From NCBI GenBank assembly GCA_951406725.2, contig OX597815.1:139934001-139998000 (forward strand): DNA of 64,000 nucleotides, read 5' to 3'. This stretch comes from Octopus vulgaris (Eukaryota). The notes under the pieces are model-generated. The model did not search any database and was not told the DNA's origin. It was given only the letters and a program-made list of their open reading frames with translations. Positions 54,590 to 64,000 of this stretch are shown here, in pieces. The stretch's first letter is position 1; each line of letters starts with the position of its first letter. A program made the position numbers and the translations under genes.

Positions 54590-56617
54590 CACACGTATGG
54601 TTGCAGCAAAGGTGGGACACCACTTTATTTTATTTTTACTAGCTTTTTTTTATCACGGTTGTGGAGGTTGGTTTTTACACATACACATTTCTGGCCATTT
54701 CGCGAAACTATCAACTCCCACTAAATAGTAAGAACCATTTAAAGGATCGGCAAAAATTGATGCGTAGCCTTGACAACGGAACATATACTTTTGAACAATG
54801 TTTAGTTTTTACCGTGGGTAATTTTTCATTTCGCATTGGCTTACAGGTGTTTCACTCTGTTTTACTGCAATTTTTTGTTTCAGTTCCTCAGCTGCACTCG
54901 AACCTTCGACCGAACCGACTATATTTCCATACAAAACATTTATGGGCGTATTCCATACTTTCACTAGTTTCATCCACTCTGTGCAGAATAAATCAAGTGA
55001 ATTTTTTAATACATATATCTTTGCCTTTTTCGTTTGACCTCGAAATGTTACATTACATACGAATTCACCGAAAAAAATATAATCTTTTCCCCATAACACC
55101 ATGTGCTACCTTTTTCGATTTAATTAATTTTGGCTTACCGATCTATTTACAAGTCTTTTTGTTTATAATGGTGATATCACTACCAGTGTTCAACTGCATT
55201 TTAACACTTGTATTTCTGATTTTCACCTTCACAAATTTCCCCATCTTTATATTACTAATTTCTTCCGATGACATACTACTTAATTTTTTCCCTTTGTTCT
55301 GATGTTTTGTCATCTTCGTTCTACAATGCGTCTTTATATGTCCTATATTTCCACAACAAAAGCATTCCGCTTTTTTAAATGGACAATTTTTCCTCAGGTG
55401 TTACCTCCACGTGCACAACATGGGTTTATTTCCTGATTTTTGTCGTGTTTTTTTTAGAAAACACTTTATCTCTCTTCTGACTATTTCCCACTTGCTTTAC
55501 TTGGAAACAATCTTTACGTTCAATATCTTCTGTGTTGTGTCTTAATTAGACTATCCTTTCACACCCTTCTAACACTTGCATCCTAGTTGTGTTCCAGTTT
55601 AGCGTGAATTCTAATTCTAACTTCTACGTCTTTTTCTGCGTTAATTCGTCCAGCTTAAACTTCCCACACACCCTGTTTACTCTACCAGCATGTGATAAAG
55701 TCTTTGTCATTGTTTTTCTCTATGTTCAGACACTTCCAATGTGTGTTAAACAATAATCTTTTTTTCACTAAAAAGTTTACACAATATATCTATTGTGTTA
55801 TTAAAGTTTATATCAGAAGGTTTTCTTGGGAGCACAAAATTGCTGTAACACTCACGTTCTGCTGCCGCCAGTTTTCTGAAGATTAAAGGCGTTTTCATCT
55901 CGTCGTTCCAATCTTTACATTCGTTATCGAAGATTTGCTCATATCTTCTGAAGTATACTTCGAAGATAACTCCTTCGTCAGGTTCGTATTTGAACTCTGT
56001 TATAGAGTTCGTGACATAGTCTGGCGAGAAAAACTTTTTCTGACTTTTCTGACAACTTCAATAATTGCAGCATTTGTTGCTGTAATATTAATTGTTGTTG
56101 TTGTTACTTCTGTTGTTTTCCTTGCAGTTGTATCTGCCGTTGTTGTTGTTCTCTCAGCTGTTGTTGCTGTTTTTGCAACTCGAACAAACCCGCCAAAAAT
56201 TTTTCCATAATTTTACGATTTTTCGTAAAATTCGTACACCAACTTCTATTAACTCCGAGTGAATCGTTTTACCCTCGTCGAGTTTATTATTCCTCGGGAG
56301 TTGTTCAGATCCTCGTGGGTTGTTAAAATCCTCATGAGCTGTTAAAATTCTTGTGAGTTGTTAAAATCTTCGTGAGTTGTTAAAATTCCCGTGAGTTGTT
56401 TAAATTCTCGACGCCACTGTTATAATCCTTAAAATGTTGGATTGTTATAACGCCCACTCCAGTTTACAGTATACTTAGTAAGACCAGTAAAAGACATGAC
56501 TATCTCTGACCGCCTACTACGTACTCTGGTACTTCACATACTTCTCTTTACTTATAGTGAGTAGGTTATTTCATTCGTCACGTGGGAGGGGTGTACTATT
56601 ATTACTAATTCCCTACA
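54590..56617 (-). mobile_element. Internally deleted Gypsy (Mag-like) LTR retrotransposon: 5'LTR, PBS, gag, protease, integrase piece
   Basis: LTR ~56418-56617 (TGTA..AACA) then TGGCGTCGAG; ~19-bp tandem repeats 56270-56410; knuckles H....CPFKKAECFCCGNIGHIKTHC; protease-like ORF 54809-55102; LNGSYYLVGVDSFAKWPE. Confidence 0.78.
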
Positions 56618-56974
56618 AAATATTCAGATGAAATGAGGAAGTGGATAGGTGAACTGTGAAAGGCTCTTGATTGTGAAGTTTAATAGGTCATCAATTGTTT
56701 TAGTATTGAAGTGTGATTTCCGGTGCTGATCTTGTTGATATTGCTATTATTTAGTTGTGGTAAGAGTAGTAGTAGCAGTAAGACATGATGGCAATGATGC
56801 TGATGGGTCACTTGTGGTATTCCACGGAAAAGAGGAAGTAGATAGCTGAACTGTGAAGGGCTCTTGATTATGAATTGTGCCACTACTGATTTTAATTTTA
56901 ATGTTGAGGATGCTTTAGTTCAGTAATACATCTTTCTAGGGATTTTGGAGTGAAGCGGGGGGGGGTCTTATTTA

Positions 56975-57357
56975 CTCTTTACTCTTTTACTCTTTTACTC
57001 TTTTTCTTGTTTCAGTCATTTGACTGCGGCCATGCTGCAGCACCACCTTTTAGTACTTATTCTATCGGTCTCTTTTTGCCGAACCGCTAAGTGACGAGGA
57101 CGCAAACACACCAGCATCGGTTGTCAAGCAATGCTAGGGGGACAAACACAGACACACAAACACACACACATATACATATATATACATATATACAACAGGC
57201 TTCTTTCAGTTTCCGTCTACCAAATCCACTCACAAGGCATTGGTCGGCCCGGGGCTATAGCAGAAGACACTTGCCCAAGATGCCACGCAGTCGGACTGAA
57301 CCCGGAACCATGTGGTTGGTTAGCAAGCTACTTACCACACAGCCACTCCTGCGCCTA
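56975..57357 (-). mobile_element. SINE family 1
   Basis: Near-intact with internal deletion. Confidence 0.88.
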
Positions 57358-57659
57358 TTTATTTTAGTTTTTTGTTCATCTTTTGGGAAGAAACCTAACT
57401 TCAAGCAACCTTTTACAGATCAACTTTTAAACACTATTTTCTAGATCTGGGAAAGATACATAGGGAGTGCAATACTGAATTTTGCACTCCAGCAAAATTT
57501 TAAGGGGTGCAAGTGCACCACCTGCATCCCCTGTTCCCGGGCCCTTGCCCATACGCACTCATAATTTTAAGCTCGCCCACACACACATACACACGCGCTC
57601 GCCCCCATTCACACATACACACTAACACACTATTTTTACATATACACGTATATATATAG

Positions 57660-57916
57660 AGGGCGATTGGCCTGGTGGTTAGAGTGTTGCTCGCGAGATT
57701 GTGGTTTCAATTCCTACTTAATCTCACATTGCTCTGCAATCACATCGACACCTGACGCGTGCTACGCCGTGCACCTGTTCGAGCAACGTCGATTTGATGG
57801 AGGGAACGAGCTAATGTGTAGCACTTACATTTGATCACTATAAAGAAATCATTTGTGCAGGTCATTCGACAAAAAGCTGGAGACTCAGACGTCGTCTTCT
57901 GCGGGAGTGTCCATCA

Positions 57917-57917
<1 letters not shown>
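57660..57917 (+). mobile_element. tRNA-derived SINE, third family, RTE-like tail
   Basis: tggcctggtggttag A-box, ggtttcaattcc B-box, tail cgtcttctgcgggagtgtccatcat. Confidence 0.6.
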
Positions 57918-57993
<76 letters not shown>

Positions 57994-58027
57994 GTCTGTC
58001 TGTCTGTCTGCCTGCCTGCCTGCCTGC

Positions 58028-58101
<74 letters not shown>

Positions 58102-59091
58102 GTCTATCTATCTATCTCTGTCTGTCTGTCTGTCTGTCTGTCTGCCTGTCTGTCTGTCTGCCTGTCTGCCTGCCTGCCTGCCTGTCTGTCTGTCTGTCTG
58201 TCTGTCTATTTATCTATGTGTGTGTGTGAGTGTGAGGGTATGTGAACCTTAACTTCAAATAATTGAATAAACGTCACATATATTCAAGTATTTTTTTCTA
58301 TCTCCTGTATGTGCGAAAATCTATAAATGCACGCATACAAGTACACCCATTCACACACATACACTCATTTCTACGTGAATTTCTTTTTTTAGTCAAAGTA
58401 TTTTTTTTTCTCGATCAATATCCTGAATAAATTATTTGCTCGCGTAGATATTTAGCAATAAGTGTATGTTGAGAATTACGAAAGACACCGTACAACATAT
58501 GATTCCGTTTATTCTATGTAATCTATAATAATAATAAATAGCCTTACTTATGAAGTCATTTGGGGACAATCAATTCGTACGAAGAAGCCGGAGATGTGAA
58601 GGACCGAAAAGTACTCTCTGCATGGAAGCTGAATGAAATTTGAGTTGTTACATCCTTCTGCGATTTCTAGCTGGCATTTATAACTCAAAACTATTTTAGA
58701 ACAGAAGGGTAACTATATATTCTCCAATATAATGTCTTCAGTTCTTTCTCTCATTCCCATTCTCCCTCCTCACACATACGTACACACACACACACATAGT
58801 AAAACATGTGTGTAACTATATATTCTGAAATATAATGGTTTAATCCATATGTATCTTGTGGTATGTTATATAATCCTGTACACTGTTTGGTAAGTCTACA
58901 CTACCAAGTGATTTAATTTTGGATATTGACAAACATGTGAAACAGTTCAGCTGGCAGGATCTGATTTGGTCTCACTGCACCGAAACTGAAAAAGAAACAA
59001 TTGTGGTTCCGATGACAATCTTCAGGTTGTTCCATTTAAAGGTTCTCTCTAATGGTTCTAACCTATTGATTTAAAAGAACGGTAGAAAATA

Positions 59092-59329
59092 TAGTTCTAT
59101 ATTTAAGAAATGAGGAATTATTTACATTTGTCGGATATTTGTCCTTATCTTGTTTGTTGTTTACACAACATTTCGGCTGATATACCCTCCAGCCTTCATC
59201 AGGTGTTTTGGGGAAATTTCGAACTTGGGATCTCATTCCTCTTCTTCTTCTTCTTCTAGTCCCTGCCTGGAATCGAACTCGGAATCTTGGGGTTAGTAGC
59301 CCACGCTCTTAACCTCTACTCCCACGGGC
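59092..59329 (-). mobile_element. Composite: tRNA-like head + (AAG)n + hammerhead-containing tail
   Basis: Head 59329-59258 with GAGTTCGATTCC B-box; aacac CTGATGA a-ggctg..cagcc GAAA tg TT gtgt at 59207-59163. Confidence 0.65.
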
Positions 59330-59435
59330 ATATGGCATACCTACATACATATGTATATATATGTATGTATGTTTGTGTGTGTGGCTCTCTCTCTCTCTCA
59401 CTCACTCACTCACTCTCTATCTCTCTGTCTCTGTA

Positions 59436-59518
<83 letters not shown>

Positions 59519-59540
59519 TGCACGTTCTGTATGCAGAAGT

Positions 59541-59612
59541 GGATCGCAGGTGTAGGGGTATGATTCTCGCTTTGGGTGCGAGAGGTCTCGAGTTCAAGTT
59601 CTGTACGCACCC
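59541..59612 (+). pseudogene. tRNA-Pro(TGG) pseudogene
   Basis: 72 nt colinear with metazoan tRNA-Pro; TAGGGGTATGATTCTCGCTTTGGGTGCGAGAGGTC is intact, acceptor and T stems are broken; T-run downstream. Confidence 0.85.
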
Positions 59613-60062
59613 TTTCCATATTTTTTTTCTAAAGGCACGGCTGCAGCTTTTGGCTGATACCAATAACATATAAAAATACACACACACAAAAATATGTGTA
59701 TGCACACACACACACACATATACATACGTACATATATATATGTCAATACGTGCGCTCGCACATACACATTTGTGTGTATATATATATATATATATATGAT
59801 GGATGAATTTATACATATACATATGCATGAATGAGTTAATCTGCACCTCCCACCACGCTAATGAGGCCAAAGTTGTCAAGCTGACATTTAATATTCCTTG
59901 TTCCTAAAATAATTTTTTTATTTTCAATCTCTTCTTTTTTCTTCTTCAACGTAAGCAGTCATCTCCCCAGCCTTACCTGGAATCTCCTCTGTGAGACACA
60001 GGCGCTTTTAATACTGAGTTCTTCCCGCTTTACCTACCTTCATACTCCTTCGCCTTCCACAC

Positions 60063-60122
<60 letters not shown>

Positions 60123-60479
60123 GTACTTATAATGCGTTCTCCTGAAATGTTTGTGCGTGTGTCACTGTGTAGGTCCATCAAAAACAGACTGCAAGAATTT
60201 TGCTGATGGTGTTGGCTATGGTGATAGTGGTATTTTTAACGGTGGTGGTGATGGTAATGGGGGTTGTGGTTTGTGGTGGTAGTGATAGTGGTGTCGTGTG
60301 ATGTGTGTGGGTGTGAAAGAGTGGATTCTATTGTAGAATTGGTGAGTTTGGGTAAGGTTGGTATACTGTCACCTGACAGTAATGATTCAGTTGAAAAAGA
60401 GATTTATTCCTTCTCAGATGAAGAGTCAATCTTGAAAAGCATTGCTAGAAATAAGAGTCAAAACAACTCTTAGCCACGT

Positions 60480-60973
60480 GAGAGCACTTTTCTACCGGTT
60501 GACAAGGAAGACAGTCTCCGACCCTACGACAAGCGAGATGGAGTCATATCAGCGAAGTGCTTTTGAACAAACTCAAGCATCCCCTCCAACCGAACATGCT
60601 TTGTTTTTTTCCCGGACGAGAAAAATTTCTGCGAGGATCAGATGGTGAACATACAGAACTACCGTTGGCTTGTCGCGTCCCCAAAACATGCACCGAGAGT
60701 AATAAAAATCAAACGTCCAGTCAACATTATGGTGTTGGCGACGTTATGCCGCCATTCATCTTCCCACACAGCCTCACACTCAACACGGAGGCCGACATCT
60801 AGTGCCTGCGTTGGGTCAAGAAGGTGGCTGTTGGAAGACCCTATGTCAAGCAACAGGACTCAGCACCATGTCACACAAGCAGGAGAACCTAGTTATGGCT
60901 GTCAGACAATTTCTGCGACCACATCACCCCTAACATCTGGCCACCTAACTCCCCAGACTGCAATCTCTTTGAT
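60480..60973 (+). mobile_element. Tc1/maT-like transposase remnant
   Basis: FFPDEKNF..GDVMPPFIF..QQDSAPCHTS..WPPNSPDCN. Confidence 0.82.
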
Positions 60974-60977
60974 TAGA

Positions 60978-61272
60978 ATGATCGTGGGATTGCACCTAGA
61001 AAGTTACCCTCCGAGGGACAAGTCCAGGCAAGAGTATTTATGGAAGTCCAGCAGTCGCCCATGCATACTAGCCTTCCCTCTCCTCTCTACCGATGTTATT
61101 CAAGGAAAAGGCAAAAGCCAATGCAGTTTGGCACCAGTGACGTCGCAACTCATTTCTACAGCTGAGTGAACTGGAGTAATGAGAAATAAAGTGTCTTGCT
61201 CCAGAACACAACACATGGCACACACGGTCCATGAATCGAACTCACTATCTCATGATTGTGAGCTCGACCACA
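60978..61272 (-). mobile_element. tRNA-derived SINE, fourth family
   Basis: Minus strand gagttcgatt B-box, gagcaagacactttatttc, actcagctgtagaaatgagt. Confidence 0.65.
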
Positions 61273-61719
61273 ATAGGATAACAAAGTATTTCGATAAGGG
61301 CAGGCGATATCATCTAACTCAATTTTATATCATGTTAGTTAGTTTTAAATGAAAAAAAAACACTAAGGAATCATTGTACACCCGGCTTAAGGTGCACTTT
61401 ACACCATGAACCTTTCGCTCGGAAGCACAGTGAACAAGAGAGAGGAACATAGGTTATTTACGGATCAAAGAGGTTATTCTCATTGGAAGAGAGAAGCTAA
61501 AAATTTACAGTCGATCGTTGTTGGGTAGATGGCGAGTATAAGTCGTCTACATCCACTACCGCTACCATGGATACTAATGTTATTTCCACGGTTTCTATAG
61601 GCTGGTACTATTTCTTGAATACTGCCACCACTACTGACAATTCTGCTGCTGCTGCTACAACAACGATAGCATCATCATCAACAACAACAACAACAGCAAC
61701 AACAACAACAACAACTACA

Positions 61720-61847
<128 letters not shown>

Positions 61848-62559
61848 GCTTCCGACACAAATTTCTCTGCTGAAACTTCCGCCTAAGACTGCACATAGCG
61901 ATCCTTGATTTCTTTTAATTTCCATAATTACCTTTTCCTCAATAGATGGGAGATTCAACCGAAATATATAAAAAAAAAATTAATAAATTACTATTTCTTT
62001 CATTGTATTGTAAGAAGCTCCCCGCGCTATTTCTCCATTTGCTTTTATGCATACACACATGTACACACACACACACACGTACATACACATATATACACAT
62101 GCACATATTCTCAACTATGAACGTCTAGAAATGTTGATGATAAATTTAGGAACTGCACTGTTCTAAAACAAACTGCAAGGAAGTCATACAAAAATAGGAA
62201 AAGAACGTCAACGAAAAAAAAAAAAGCCAAAAATAGAAGGTAGTCGGGTTATCATTGCAACACAACCACACACATGCATACAAACACACACACACACACA
62301 CATAGACACACACATACATATATACGCATACTTATATGCACCTATAAAAACACACACGCATAAACACATACACACATATGCGGTTGTACGTATATATGTA
62401 CGAAAGTTTATATGTATATATGCATGCATGCATATATGTATGTATGTGTATGTATGTATGTATGTATGTATGTATGTATGTATGTATGTATGTATGTATG
62501 TATGTATGTATGTACGCATGTATATATGTGTTGCACACTATAGTTGAGAAAGGCAAAAC

Positions 62560-63218
62560 AATGAAGAATTCTATCATGGAACAATGGTATGTATCAGCCT
62601 GGGTGGTAGGCTCTCTCTACACCTGCTGCAAAGCAGTGTATATCCCAGAGGACTGAGAAACCGCATCAAGCTATGGCATTGCTTGGAATCATGTATGTAT
62701 GTATGTATGTATGTATGTATGTATGTATGTATGTATGTATGTATGTATGTATGTATGTATGTATGTATGTATGTATGTATGTATGTATGTATGTATGTAT
62801 GTATGTATGTATGTATGTATGTATTACGTATGTATGTATGTATGTATGTATGTATGTATGTATGTATGTATGTGATCGGGTATTCAGTCCGATTATTTCT
62901 ATGTCATCTTCGGAGTCATAAAGCGAAACAGATGAGTGACAACCTGGCCACTGGTGGTGGTGTTACACACCATACTAATCACATCTGTCAGAGATATGGA
63001 AGAGAGTGTAATTCGGCAGGAGGACTTAAACGACATGCAAAGGTACATGAAGCCCAGTTACAACCACAGCCGGCTATTACCGGTAAAGGTTTTAGCTGCC
63101 AATTCTGTATAAGACATTGTAGATCTTTAGATGAGCTAAAAAGTCACATTCGATCACAGCACCAATAACAGTTAAGCTTCGTGCAATGGCCATACTCGAT
63201 AACGAGGGGGCAGCCATC
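62560..63218 (+). mobile_element. RTE-type LINE 3' end with C2H2-like fingers, split by (TATG)n
   Basis: CQRYGRECNSAGGLKRHAKVH; CQFCIRHCRSLDELKSHIRS; tail gccatactcgataacgagggggcagccatc. Confidence 0.65.
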
Positions 63219-63264
63219 TTGTATGTATGTATGTATGTATGTATGTATGTATGTATGTATGTAT

Positions 63265-63512
63265 TCTCATGTATATAGTTGCATATCTAGGTAGGCTCAT
63301 GTATATTTAAATGATAAACTTCTGGAAAGTTTTACAGATTTTTACAGTTCCAGTTGATAGCTTGGATCTGTAGTCATCGAATAAGCTTTCTCCTTTCTGG
63401 TTTTGAGAAGCCTAATTTCTCAAGATTGGTATATCCCATTGCCCCAATAATTACAGGTATAAACCCGAACTTCTAATCTGGATAGAGTAACTGCAGATTT
63501 CTCAACATTTCA
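63265..63512 (-). mobile_element. RLE non-LTR 3' end (second family) embedded in (TACA)n
   Basis: LRNLQLLYPD*KFGFIPVIIGAMG..LEKLGFS..LQIQAI.GTVKICKTFQKFII*; short UTR runs into TACA repeats. Confidence 0.75.
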
Positions 63513-63519
63513 GCATGTG

Positions 63520-63551
<32 letters not shown>

Positions 63552-64000
63552 TGTATGTATGTATGTATGTATGTATGTATGTATGTATGTATGTATGTAT
63601 GTATGTATGTATGTATGTATGTATGTATGTATATGTGTGTGTGTATGTATGTATGTATGTATGTATGTATGTATGTATGTATGTATGTATGTATGTATGT
63701 ATGTCTGAGTGTATTTAAATGCGCTTGAGCTTATCAGTACAAACATTACTGTCAGTTTCTCGCTAATCCTTTGATTTACTGACGCATCTGGTGACTGTAG
63801 GTCGAAGAAAGTGTAAGAATCTAGCAGTAATAATTGTTCTGTTAAATTTATATGTAAGTATGAATGTATGCATCTATGTATGTATGTATGTATGTATGTA
63901 TGTATGTATGTATGTATGTATGTATGTATGTATGTATGTATGTATGTATGCATGTATGCATGTATGTATGTATGTATGTATGTATTTATGTATGTACGTA

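Noticed and set aside
54661-55302. 213-aa + strand ORF
   Set aside because: Antisense shadow of the Gypsy remnant
56270-56410. CRISPR-like regular repeats
   Set aside because: Tandem minisatellite without unique spacers, in a retrotransposon leader
62926-63168. Host C2H2 zinc-finger gene
   Set aside because: Degenerate fingers directly followed by an RTE-like 3' tail; better explained as a LINE C-terminus

Overview
AT-rich, microsatellite-saturated eukaryotic DNA. The SINE and LINE families look like those of a coleoid cephalopod (Octopus-like); this is inferred from repeat style, not proven. No host protein-coding gene could be supported, and most of the ORF track is translated microsatellite. 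The window is a patchwork of mobile elements: (i) RLE-endonuclease non-LTR retrotransposons of Dong/R4 type, in at least 4 subfamilies, stacked head-to-tail inside (TAA)n tracts (0.7-4.5 kb, 17.1-17.5 kb, 24.6-29 kb); (ii) a second RLE family, one copy embedded in (TACA)n; (iii) tRNA-derived SINEs of two abundant families plus rarer ones; (iv) CR1/L2- and RTE-type LINE ends; (v) remnants of Helitron, Merlin/IS1595, mariner, Tc1/maT, hAT, Gypsy and Penelope elements; (vi) a tRNA-Pro pseudogene. The signal the ORF track misses is about 11 minimal type-I hammerhead-ribozyme motifs (CUGANGA-stemII-GAAA-palindrome-UH). They lie in short (TA)n-flanked non-coding units, many of them long fold-backs, and one is fused to a tRNA-like Pol III head. 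All coordinates were read by eye and element ends may be off by a few bases.
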